Shown here: piece by piece, positions 38,811-51,273 of the stretch
Numbering within the stretch: the first letter of the stretch is position 1
Layout of the letters: each line of letters begins with the position of its first letter
Origin: Takakia lepidozioides
Taxonomy: Eukaryota; Plantae; Bryophyta
Assembly: GCA_030704615.1 (NCBI GenBank)
Contig: CM060732.1
Coordinates: 27,342,001 to 27,406,000 of the forward strand
Length of the DNA stretch: 64,000 nt
Direction: 5' to 3'
Program-made: the position numbers and the translations under genes
The notes under the pieces: model-generated
The model's input: only the letters and a program-made list of their open reading frames with translations
The model's database searches: none
Told to the model about the DNA's origin: nothing

Positions 38811-39661
38811 TGGCTACATCCTCATTGTCGCTCCATTGTTGTAGATGTAAGGTTCACGATTTGAGTATGAGACAGATTCCATAACCGCATTGACCTGTTT
38901 CATGGATATTTTGTGGAAAATGTGTGGCAACTATCTTTATGAAGATCTGATGGCGACCTTGTATGTAATTGTTGTGCCAGATCGATGGAGTTCACGCCAT
39001 GGCAATGGTCGATCTAAGCTGTGGGGAGCAGAGGCAAGCAGAGGCGGGAAGCAAGAAGCATGAAGCGCGTGGATGAATGCATGGAAGTGACATGTAGAAT
39101 GTGGATGGAATGTTCTGGATGATAATGTATAACATTCATCCAAACTGCGCAATCAGGTGCGCAGTATTGGGAACATTATTGAGAACTGCGCACTTTTAGG
39201 ACGCTTTACCATACTTGTTGCCGAACCAGATCGTATATCTACATGTACACGCATACGGGTAAAAAGTATAGATTATAGCATGCATGGGCTATGATTCATC
39301 GCGTGGGATATCGATTCCCTGTCATGGCCGCGGGGTATTACAGTCCTTGCGCAGGGTTACTTAACATTCCCTAACCGGGCAAGCACAAAGGATCGCTGTT
39401 CGTATAAAAACCAAGTTTTGGAATCTGCCCGCGCAAGGGTGAAAGCTTGGCCTCCGACATGTGCGCCCGCCCAGCACAACTACAGGCGTAAGCTGGTTTA
39501 GCATAGCATTTGTGTACGAACATTTGGACATGTTCGTATGTTCTCAATTGTAGAGTCCAATGGAGCCCAAACTGACTTGCGTGAATGTTGTTGAAAGCTC
39601 ACCAGCACCGCTCCGTAAAGAAACTTGTCAAAATGATGCTGTCGGATTTTCGGGCACAAAG

Positions 39662-40022
39662 GTCTACCGTGGAGCGTGGAGCAGAGCTGGCATGAGTTTT
39701 TTCAAGATCCTTCACGATGGTAGGACAACCGCAATCGCAAGGTGTGGCTTTCTTAATGTACGAAGTGAAGAAGTTTGTCCATCCTACAATTGTGGGGTCT
39801 TCCTGTTAGTATCATGATTTGGTATTTTCCCTGGTGTTTACAAGGTACTTGGGAGGGTCAGCTTGGTCTTTGAGGCCGTGTTTCAATCTATGGCTGCTCA
39901 GCTGCACCGTGGTGGCTCTCACAGACCAATTCGAGATCACCTGACTACAGACACAAGCAGCACACAGGAAAGGTCCTTTGGGGTTGATGGTCAGTTGAAT
40001 CCTCCATGGGTCAGGACACAAG
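39662..40022 (+). pseudogene. Degenerate first OSB-type PDF motif (two exons) upstream of PPR copy 1
   Basis: EQSWHEFFQDPSRW*DNRNRK|GT, then CAG|TNSRSPDYRHKQHTGKVLW(+1 frameshift)VDGQLNPPWVRTQG|GT. Confidence 0.75.
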
Positions 40023-40193
40023 GTCAAGAACAATGTGGTGAGGGCACCTTCGTCTTCAACCTATTTCAGCCTGTTTTGCCCTCTTATGAGAGTCGTCCCT
40101 GATTTTTCATCTTGAATCCTACGAGTAAGCTCGTTGGGTGGATCTATGGTGGTTTGGAGTGATTTTGACATGTTACTGCCAATGTGGCAACAG

Positions 40194-43102
40194 GAAAGTA
40201 TCCAAAAACAGATAACAGAGATGAGGAGAAGCTTTGGAATGAATATTTTTCCGACCCCAGTCAATGGTGGGACAATCGCGACAATAAGGTGAATGCCTGT
40301 TAGATTACAGAGAGAACCAGTCACAATTCAGAGAACTAGTGTGGTAAGTAGGGTTGCGTTGCTTGCAAGAACAAATGTAGCTGTCATTGTCAGCTGCTAG
40401 CAGCAAGCCAAGGATGGATGCATGATTTGTGCAGAGGCAGGGATACCTGAAGGAGCAGGGATAGAGTGTGGGTCCAGATTCATCCAAGAAAGCCGGATTT
40501 CAAGCACAAGATTACCTATGATTTGCTGTGGATCGATAGCTACAAGAAACCTGCATCGGTAGATGCTCAACTGGAAGCAGCAGCAGCAGGGCCGGCACAG
40601 CTGATAATATCAGGCACCTCGACCATGACTAAAGCTTCCAAAAGAGGACCAAGAGAGGGAGTCCACAATGCCACTTTTGGCACTTCTGGGCATGTGAGGA
40701 TGCTCTGCGAGGCAGGGCGACTGAAAGAGGCTCTACAGACTTTAAACCAAGGAGGCATTTTAGCAGACTCGGATACTTATGTCTGTCTCTTGCAGAAATG
40801 CATCAAGATGAAAGGCTTGGAAGCTGGAAAGCAGGTGCACACTCACATTATTAAAAGTGGATTCAAGCCAAACGTTTTTCTACACAACACCCTTGTCAAC
40901 ATGTATGTTAAGTGTGGGAGCATTGCTGATGCTCACCAAGTGTTCACCAGAATGCCACAACGAGGTTTGATCACATGGAATATAATGATTACAGGATTTA
41001 CCAAGCATGGATGTGGTGGGAATGCTTTGGAGACATATGAGCAAATGATGCGGGAAGGGGTGAAACCTGACCACATCACGTTTGTTTGTGTTTGCAATGC
41101 GTGTGCGAGCCTGGCTGCCCTGGAAAAGGGCAAAGAGGTCCATGGTGACATCGTGAAAAGTGGAATTGTACCAGATGTCATTCTGAACAATACCCTCGTG
41201 GACATGTATGCCAAATGTGGGCGCATCGAGGATGCAAAGGGAGTGTTCAACAATATGGCTGAACGAAATGTGGTGTCGTGGAGCGCGATGATTGCAGGAT
41301 ATGCACAGCAAGGGCGCGGGATGGAGGCTTTGGAGACCTATGAGCAAATGATGCGGGAAGGGGTGAAGCCCAACCACATCACGTTTGTTTGCGTTTGCAA
41401 TGCATGTGCGAACCTGGCAGCCCTGGGAAAGGGCAAAGAGGTCCATGGTGACATCGTGAAAAGTGGAATTGTACCAGATGTTGTTCTGAACACTGCTTTG
41501 ATGAACATGTATGTCAAATGTGGGAGCTTTGAGGATGCAAAGGGAGTGTTTAACAGTCTGACAGAACGGGATGTGGTGTCATGGAGCGTGATGATTGCAG
41601 GTTATGCACAGCAGGGGCGCGGGATGGAGGCTTTGGAGACCTATGAGCAAATGATGCGGGAAGGGGTGAAGCCCGACCGCATCACGTTTGTTTCCATTTG
41701 CAATGCGTGTGCGAGCCTGGCATCCCCGGGAAAGGGCAAAGAGGTCCATGGTGACATTGTCGAAGCTGGAATTGTACCAGATGTTGTTCTGAACACTGCT
41801 CTGATGAACATGTATGCCAAATGTGGGTGCATCGAGGATGCAAAGGGAGTGTTCGACAATATGGCAGATCGGGATGTTGTGTCGTGGAATGCAATGATTG
41901 CAGGATATGCACAGCGGGGGCGCGGAATGGAAGCTTTGGAGACCTATGAGCAAATGATGCAGAAAGGGGTGAAGCCTGACCGTATCACGTTTGTTTGTGT
42001 TTGCAATGCGTGTGCAAGTATGGCAGCCCTGAAAAAGGGCAAAGAGGTCCATGGTGACATCCTGAAAAGTGGAATTGTACCAGACGTCATTCTGAACAAT
42101 ACCCTTGTAGACATGTATGCCAAATGTGGGTGGATCCAGGATGCAAAGGGAGTGTTCGACAATATGGCTGAACGAGATGTGGTGTCCTGGAACACGATGA
42201 TCGCAGGATATACCCAGCATGGTTGTCATAGGGAGGCCCTGCAACTATTTGAAGGACTGCTAAAGGAAGGCTTGAAGCCGGACAGTATCGCCTTTATTTG
42301 TGTTCTCTCTGCATGCAGCCATTCTGGCCTACTGGATGAAGGAAGACGCTACTTTGATTCCTTGAGTCAAGATCATGATGTCACTCCAACAGTAAAGCAC
42401 TTTGGCTGTATGGTGGACCTTCTCGGACGTGCGGGGCAATTGGACGAGGCAGAGGACCTCATTAATAAAATGCCAATCAAACCAGATACTATGGTGTGGA
42501 AGGCCTTGCTTGGTGCCTGCAGAATCCATGGCAATGTGGAGATGGCTGAACGTGCGGCAACATCTATTCTGAAGTGGGATGAACAGGATGCTGCGACTTA
42601 TGTGTTGCTATCAAACATCTATGCCGCAGCTGGCAGGTGGGACGATAGTGCAATGGTAAGAAAAATGATGAAGGTCAGAGGGGTCAGAAAGGAGGCAGGT
42701 CGCTGCTGCATTGAGGTTGGCGACAGGGTGCACACCTTTGTTGTAGATGACAATTTGCATCCCCAAATTAAGGAAATCCATGCTGAGCTGAGAAGATTGT
42801 CTGGGGAGATGAAGGAGGCAGGGTATGTGCCCGACACGCGCTTTGTATTGCATGATGTGGGGGAGGAGCAAAAGGAATATTCTCTTTGCCACCACAGTGA
42901 GAAGTTGGCCATTGGTTTTGGGCTGATCAGCACAGCCCCTAGGACGCCTCTCCATCTCATCAAGAATCTTCGGGTGTGTGGTGACTGCCACACCTCCACC
43001 AAGTTCATCTCAAAGATTGTTGGCCGAGCAATCGTTGTACGGGACGCTAACCGCTTTCACCACTTTGAAGATGGGGTTTGTTCTTGTGGGGATTACTGGT
43101 GA
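40194..43102 (+). CDS. PLS-class PPR-E-DYW RNA-editing-type protein with N-terminal PDF motif (copy 1)
   Basis: Exon 40194-40288 (KLWNEYFSDPSQWWDNRDNK), GT-AG intron 40289-40477, exon 40478-43102 (IHPRKPDFKHKITYDLLW, five MY[AV]KCG-containing PLS modules, HSEKLA, CGDCH, CSCGDYW*). The true start codon is uncertain. Confidence 0.92.
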
Positions 43103-44449
43103 AATGATGTTTTTCTGCAAAGGTGCATGTCTAAGGTATGGTGGGGATAGAGGTGGCCCCTTGTACACCAACACATATCAGTAAGCTGGCTTTCCATAAA
43201 GTCTCTCAAGAAGGCAGATAAGGGGTCCTTTTCCTGGTATTCTATATGTACTCTGTCACATCTTCTCGCAAGAATAGAGTTGAAGGTATCTTCTAGGAAT
43301 GGAATAGTGTCTTGGTTGAAAGGCTAGTGATGAATTGAGAGTCCTGACAGATCTCGACCTCTTGATCCAATCTGCATGCTACTTTCCCCAAAAGCATTGA
43401 ATGCTCTGCCAAGGAAAGGAGAATTCCACCCTTGGTGTAGGAGTTGGCCATCAAACAACAGCTCATTACAAGGCAGAGTGGATGTTGTGATGACATTGCC
43501 CTCAAAGCCAGAGGACCGGTCAACCGAGTATATCTTCCTCTCCTCTTCCTCCTAGTTTGGTGTAATTTTACTGATATGAATTCAACTGCCATGATGGCAC
43601 AGGAGCTCACACACAAAATTTTGAGTCCAAAATGGAGATATTGAACAGTTATCGAGGAATGGTTGAGATAAAGTGGTTCACTTTTCTTAAAAGTGGATAT
43701 TTAGGGGAGCTTTGGGATCAGCAGCTCAAGTAGTTATTGAGAACACTATGAGTCATGCCAGCGACCAACAGTAACGCCATGCACAATTGTTTCTGAAATC
43801 TGGACTCGACCTGTAGACAATTGTGTTCGGAAGTGGGTGAAGTAGCTGACTCTGTCCCCTTAACCTTTGAACTCCAACACGCACAGACCCATGTTATAGT
43901 GTGAGGGAGTCATTCAAAGCCAATTCATGCTGCATCAATTGTACCCAAGTACAATGACAATCACTATGTGAACTTTCAAGTGGCCAACATGGGATTGGAT
44001 CTTGGTGGGTTCAGGCTAGGTTTCGACAACATTCATGCAAGTTAGTCAAGGGCTCAATCTGAAGAAGCTCCGCAAGAAACATACAACATGTGTGTGGAAC
44101 CCTGGAGACCTAAGGAGTACCAACAGTCCACTGCCTTTGCAAAAAATTTCAGGATCCCCCCAAACTTTTGCGCAGGGCTGCCCCTCTAATCAGGCTCATT
44201 ACAATTTGTATTCACTTCCATCTTCAAGCTTTGGAGAAGCTCCACCACCAACACCAAAATTAGGACAGCACTCTGATTTTCTTCCCTTATCAGCAGAGTC
44301 AGTCACCCAGTCACCATTTCCTGTGGATATGCCACGGAAATGCCCTCAACAGCACATCATGGTCAATATTCTCAGGAATGAACTGAGTAGCTACACAGAT
44401 CAAAGAATGAAGCAAGGCATCCGCACCTTTCCAGAAACAAAACAACGTT

Positions 44450-47400
44450 TCACCAGTAATCCCCACAAGAACAAACCCCATCTTCAAAGTGGTGAAAGCG
44501 GTTAGCGTCCCGTACAACGATTGCTCGGCCAACAATCTTTGAGATGAACTTGGTGAAGGTGTGGCAGTCACCACACACCCGAAGATTCTTGATGAGATGG
44601 AGAGGCGTCCTAGGGGTTGTGCTGATCAGCCCAAAACCAATGGCCAGCTTCTCACTGTGGTGGCAAAGAGAATATTCCTTTTGCTCCTCCCCCATATCAT
44701 GCAGTACAAAGCGTGTGTCAGGCACATACCCTGCCTCCTTTATCTGCCCAGACAATCTTCTCAGCTCAGCATTTATTTCCTTAATTTGGGGATGCAATTT
44801 GTCATCTACAACAAAGGTGTGCACCTTGTTGCCAACCTCAATGCAGCAGTGACCTGCCTCCTTTCTAACCCCTCTGACCTTCATCATTGTTCTCACCTTT
44901 GCACTATCGTCCCACCTGCCAGCTGCGGCATAGATGTTTGATAGCAAAACGTAAGTCGCGGCATCCTGTTCATCCCTCTTGAGAATACATGTTGCCGCAC
45001 GTTCAGCCATCTCCACATTGCAATGGAGTCTGCAGGCACCAAGCAAGGCCTTCCAGACCACAACACCCGGTTTGATTGGCATTTTATTAATGAGATCCTC
45101 TGCCTCATCCAATTGCCCCGCACGTCCAAGCAGGTCCACCATACAGCCAAAATGCTTCACTGTCGGAGTAACACCATGATCTTGACTTAGGGAATCAAAG
45201 TAGCGTCTTCCTTCATCCAGCAGGCCAGCGTGGTTGCATACAGAGAGAACACACGTAAAGGCAATACTGTCCGGCTTCATGCCTTCCTTTTGCATTCCTT
45301 CAAATAGTTGCAGGGCCTTCTTATGACAACCATGCTGGGCATAACCTGCAATCATCGTGTTCCAGGACACAACATCTCGTTCAGCCATATTGTCGAACAC
45401 TCCCTCTGCATCCTTGATACACCCACATTTGGCATACATGTCCGCAAGGGTATTGTTCAGAATGACATCTGGTACAATTCCAGCTTCAACAATGTCACCA
45501 TGGACCTCTTTGCCCTTTACCAGGGCTGCCAGGCTCGCACATGCATTGCAAACGCAAACAAACGTGACGTGGTTGGGCTTCACACCTTCCTGCATCATTT
45601 GCTCATAGGTGTCCAAAGCCTCCATACCCCACCCCTGCTGTGCATATCCTGCAATCATTGCATTCCACGACACCACATCTCGTTCAGCCATATTCACAAA
45701 CACTCCCTTTGCATCCTCGATGCTCCCACATTTGGCATACATGTGCACCAGGGCAGTGTTCAGAATGATGTCTGGTACAATTCCAGCTTTGACAATATAA
45801 CCATGGACCTCTTTACCCTTTTCCAGGGCTGCCAGGCTCGCACATGCATTGCAAATGCAAACAAACATGACGTGGTTGGGCTTCACACCTTCCTGCATCT
45901 TTTGCTGATAGGTCTTCAAAGCCTCCATCCCACGACCCTGCTGTGCATATCCTGCAATCATTGTGCTCCACGACACCACATCTCGTTCAGCCATATTGTT
46001 GAACACGCCCTTTGCATCCTCAATGCACCCACATTTGGCGTACATGTCCACGAGGGAATTATTGAATGACATTTGGTACAATTCCAGCTTTGATGATATC
46101 ACCATGGACCTCTTTGCCCTTTCCCAAAGCAGCCCGGCTTGCACACGCATTGCAAACACAAACAAGCGTGATGTGGTCGGGCTTCACCCCTTCCCGCATC
46201 ATTTGCTCATAGGTCTCTAAAGCCTCCATCCCACGCCCCTGCTGTGCATATCCTGCAATCATCGCGTTCCACGACACCACATCTCGTTCAGCCATATTAT
46301 CGAACACTCTCTTTGCATCGTCAATGACCCCACATTTGGCATACATGTCCACGAGGGCACTGTTCAGAATGACATCTGGTACAATTCGTGCTTTGACAAT
46401 GTCACCATGGACCTCTTTGCCCTTCTCCAAGGCTCCCAGGCTTGCACACGCATTGCAAACGCAAACAAACGTGATGTGGTTGGGCTTCCCCCCTTCCTGC
46501 ACCATTTTCTTGTAGGTCTCCAAAGCCTCCATCCCACGCCCCTGCTGTGCATATCCTGCAATCATCGTGCTCCATGATACCACATTTCGTTTAGCCATAT
46601 TGTCAAACACTCCCTTTGCATCATCGATGCACCCACATTTTGCATACATGTCCACAAGGGTATTGTTCAGAGTAACATCTGGTACGATTCCACTTTTCAC
46701 GATGTCACCATGGACCTCCTTGCCCTTTCCCACGACTGCCAGGTTCGCACATGCATTGCGAACGCAAACAAACGTGATGTGGTCGGGCTTCAACCCTTCC
46801 CCTATCATTTGCTCATAGGTCTCCAAAGCCTCCATCCCACGCCCCTGCTGTGCATATCCAGCGATCATTGCATTCCATGACACCACATCTCGTTCAGCCA
46901 TATTGTTGAACACTCCCTTTGCATCCTCGATGCACCCACACTTGGCATACATATCCACGAGGGTATTGTTCAGAATGACATCTGGTACAATTCCAACTTT
47001 GATAATGTCACCATGGACCTCTTTGCCCTTCTCCAGTGCTCTCAGGCTTGCACACGCATTGCACACACAAACGAACGTTATGTGGTTGGGCTTCACCCCT
47101 TCCCGCATCATTTGCTCATATGTCTCCAAAGCATTCCTACCACACCTATGCTTGGTGAATCCTACCATCATTATATTCCACGTTATCAAAGATCGTTGAG
47201 GCATTCTGTTGAACACTTGGTGAGCATCCATAATGCTTCCGCACTTAACATACATGTTGACAAGGGTGTTGTGTAGAAAAACGTTTGGCTTGAGTCCACT
47301 TTGTATAATGTGAGCATGCACCTGCTTTCCAGCTTCCAGGCCTTTCATCGTGATGCATTTTTGCAAGAGACAGACATAAGTATCTGAATCTGCTGAAATG

Positions 47401-48495
47401 CCTCCTTGGTTTAAAGTCTGTAGAGCCTCTGTCAGTCGCCCTGCCTCACAGAGCATCCTCACATGCCCAGAAGTGCCAAAAGAGGCATTGTGGACTCCCT
47501 CTCTTGGTCCTCTTTCGGAAGCTGTGTTCATGGACGAGGTGCCTGATATTATCAACTGTGCCGGCCCTGCTGCTGCTGCTTCCAGTTGAACATCTACCCA
47601 TGCCGGTTTCTTGGAGCTATCAAACCACAGCAAATCATAGGTAATCTTGTGCTTGACATCAGTCCTTCTTGGATGAATTTGGACCCACACTGTATCCTGC
47701 TCCTTAGCTATCCCTGCCTCTACACGAATCATCATGCATCCATCCTTGGCTTGCTGCTAGCAGCTGACATTGACAGCCTACATTTGTTCTTGCAAGCACC
47801 GCAACCCTACTTATCACGTAGTTCCTATTCTGGATTGTGACTGCTTTTCTCTGTAGTCCTAACAGGCATTCACCTTTTTGCCTCGATTGTCCCACCATTG
47901 ACTGGGGTCGGTAAGACATTCATTCCAAAGCTTCTCCTCATCTCTGTTATCTGTTTTTGGATACTTTCATGTTGCCACATTGGCAGTGAGATGTCAAAAA
48001 TCACTCCAAACCACCATAGATCCACCCAACGAGCTTACTTGTAGGATTCAAGATGAAAAATCAGGGACGACTCTGATAAGTGGGCAAAACAGGCTGAAAA
48101 AGGTTGAAGACGAAGGTGCCCTCACCACATTGTTCTTGACCTTGTGTCCTGACCCATGGAGGATTCAACTGACCATCAACCCTCTCCTGTGTGCTGCTTG
48201 TGTCTGTAGTCAGGTGATCTCGGATTGGTCTGTAAGAACCACCACGATGCAGCTGAGCAGCCGTAGATTGAAACAAAGCCTCCTAAGACCAAGCTGACCC
48301 TCCCAAGTACCTTGTAAACACCAAGGAAAAACACCAAATCATGATACTAACAGGAAGACCCTACAATTGTAGGATGGACAAACTTCTTCACTTCGTACAT
48401 TAAGAAAGCCACACCTTGCGATTGCGGTTGTCCCACCATCGTGAAGGATCTTTAAAAAAATCATGCCAGCTCTGCTCTTTGCTCCACGGTAGACC
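44450..48495 (-). pseudogene. PDF-PLS-DYW PPR copy 2, frameshifted
   Basis: Seven PLS modules and an intact DYW domain; 2-nt deletion at ~46062; both acceptors of the second PDF motif mutated (CAG to CAT and CAA). Inverted paralogue of 39.5-43.1 kb. Confidence 0.88.
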
Positions 48496-48669
48496 TTTGT
48501 GCCCGAAAATCCGACAGCATCAACATTTTGACAAGTTTCTTTACGGAGCGGTGCTGGTGAGCTTTCAACAACATTCATGCAAGTCACTTTGGGCTCCATT
48601 GGACTCTACAAATGAGGAATATAATATACGAACATGTCCAAACGTACACAGATGCTAAACCAACTTACG

Positions 48670-51273
48670 TGTCATTAGTGCATACAACAAAGAGGAGCAC
48701 AAATCAGATATCATGAATGATATCCAGGCTATGCACTACCTGACTTTCGAAGAAATCAATGAGTATCTCAGCCATTGAGAGGAAAAGAAACAGGTGACCC
48801 TTCTATTTTGATATCTCTTAATCCTCAATCATATTGATGAAGGACTCGGACAGATAAGAGAATGAACACTTGCACAGCGGTTGGGGTGGTGGCATTTCCG
48901 ATATCGACAGTTCGGACAGTACATGCGGGAGATATGATGCCAGACTTTTCCTGCAATTGTCGTTCTATTACGAACCATTCCATTGGTCCCTCACCATTGA
49001 TTCTGTCCTTGTAGGAGCGGTGCTTGGATTCCGACACGGACATGCCGAACACGAATATGGTAGAATCAGTCCACTCCTCCTGGCGAGCGTCTTTTGCCGC
49101 ACATTTGGTGGACGTAGTGACGGCCACAACGGATGACATCAATAGAGCAATCATGCAGCAAGCCACGTACTGCAAGTTCCTGAGCGGGAAACAATGGGGC
49201 TTTGGGCTGGACAGGGAGGAATTGTTGGTACGAACAGCTTCGAGGTCAAACAATCCATTGAAATGGGCGACGACATTGCAAGAGAAGATCAAAGGGACGC
49301 CTCTGCACCGCAGAGGTGAACACCTAGAGGGGGACGTCTGTACTCACCATGTGAGACGGAGGATTGAAGAGGATTCCGGGTGCGAAGAGGATTCCTGGAG
49401 ATCCGACAGGAACATTCGGACAGCACCTCGAGGTCCTGTTATGTTGCCGCACAATGTGTCTTCCAGCAGTGGAAGCCCAAGAGTTTCCAGATCGCCATCG
49501 CCTTCAAGCAGGGATTCCGTCCGAGAAATTTCCACCGCTCGCTTGCCCCAGATTCCGCCCGCTGTTATGCAGTATGGCCAAGCCATTGTGGAGACGACTG
49601 TGTCTGCGTCACAGTGGAGAATTGCTCGCACAAAGCCGGCGTTTCGAGGCAGGTGTTCCGCAATTCGAGTGGATACACGACAACGTTGTTTAGAGATGAT
49701 AAGGAGGAATCTAGATGGGGTTGTCCCTGCTCCTACTTTTACAGGAAGATTTGTCCATGCAAAGCTTACGGAGGCGACAACCACGCAGTTCTGGTTCTGC
49801 AGACATGACATTATGACTTGCGTGTATGGAAAGCCCAAGTACGGCATACAAACAATGCCAGAGGCTCCCCCTTATGTTGAGGCTGACGCCCTTACTGCCG
49901 CATGATTTCGGATGGTGCAGTGCACTGACGTCCCCAGACAACCATTTTCACTTCCACAGCCTCCACCACCAACCCCTGTGGTAATGGGATGCAACAACTC
50001 TAAGCATCCTACACACCATTGGGGGAAACCGAAGAGGCGGCGACCTCCCTCAAAAGTGAACGAGACAAGGATGAGGAATGCACTTCGGATGAATTGTACA
50101 ATCCAGAACTCGACGGAAGTGCCTCCACCAGGCTTCGGGCGTGTGTATCAGATGGCCACGGCAGGCTCAGCTGTTCGTAATGAGGTGTACACCATCACCA
50201 TTTCAGAATTACCCACCTGCAATTGCACCGACTTCCAGATCATGGCGAAGAAGGGGGCATCATACTGCCCTTGCAAGCATCTATACTACGTGTACCTAAA
50301 GAGACTCCGATGTAATTCCACAACTCATCACTTCATACATGCACCAGGGTTGAGCCCCCAAGATGTGTACACTCTTTTGAATATGGATCCAGGGGACCAG
50401 TGACCTTGGCTTGCGGGCCAAAACACACTGTTACGCCCATCATTTTCGGAGTTTCAGCTATAGTAGAACTGTACTGCTGCAAGTACCTCTGACTTTGGCC
50501 ACAGAAATGTTCGACTTATGTCTCTCCTATCAGTAACCTGTTTTGCTCGAACTAAAATAATACTATGTCATTAACTTGTGTTTCCACGTGCTTGTATTTT
50601 TGTTTGTTGGAGAGTTCCTGTTTTTCTGCTTTCCCAAACTTTGTTTTCCTCATTCCATCCCCGGCAAGGAAATGCGGCGCCGCATTTCCAAATAACGTCG
50701 TAGGTACTGGTAGTTGCGGCCTTCGTCATAGCAAAATAGTCGCATACAGTCTTCAGGGAGCCGACTGTCGCCAACAGCGAACCCCCCAGAAATTTCGCAC
50801 GTGCGAACTGTAATGTGGCACCGCATTTCCCAGTTGACTCGCAAACCTTTCCCGCCGAATACCCGAAGATGACAGAATTGTGAAATACTGCAGATTCTAT
50901 TGGTTCAATCGCGGCAGAAGGGTCAGCTTCATGTAAAACCGCGGAATACTCTATACAGGCCAGTATGCGACGTTCTTTTGCCATGGTATACTGGATTTCT
51001 CGTTGCACGGTCACTCATTTCCATCAGTGGATCTAAACAACCATGAGCAGAGTTGTTACTAACGATATATCTTCGCCGCATTACAGGATCTGGAAGTTCC
51101 AAAAACAACAAGATCAAATTAAAAAACTATTATCTTAATACTTTTTTAATTTGCCGCATTTCCAAATTTGGAGGAATCCGCTCATGAAAACTGCATGTCT
51201 TAGACTTCGGCTCATCGCTCATGCGGCTCATGGCTCATGGCTCATGGTTTCTGCTCATGAAATAGTAAACCTC
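48670..51273 (+). mobile_element. 5'-truncated Mutator-like element of a related family with intact downstream terminus
   Basis: Ends GCTCATGAAATAGTAAACCTC (reverse complement GAGGTTTACTATTTCATGAGC, cf. 8010); contains the palindrome GGAAATGCGGCGCCGCATTTCC at 50668-50689. Confidence 0.85.
48700..50403 (+). pseudogene. Mutator-like transposase 3' half with SWIM
   Basis: DMPNTNMVESVHSSW, FWFCRHDIMTCV and PTCNCTDF...CPCKHLYY; stop at 49903-49905. Confidence 0.88.

Noticed and set aside
39560-39817. Conserved ORF MEPKLTCVNVVESS (also 48339-48599) as a separate small gene
   Set aside because: Conservation is explained by the recent inverted duplication; the recognisable PDF motif lies in another frame.
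40466-40477. ORF-track start MWVQ for the PPR genes (also 63536)
   Set aside because: It is a GTG inside the 3' end of a predicted intron; the exon starts after CAG at 40478.
42700-43102. Possible U-to-C (DYW:KP / GRP-type) editing domain
   Set aside because: The domain has HSEKLA and ends in DYW, matching the canonical C-to-U type.
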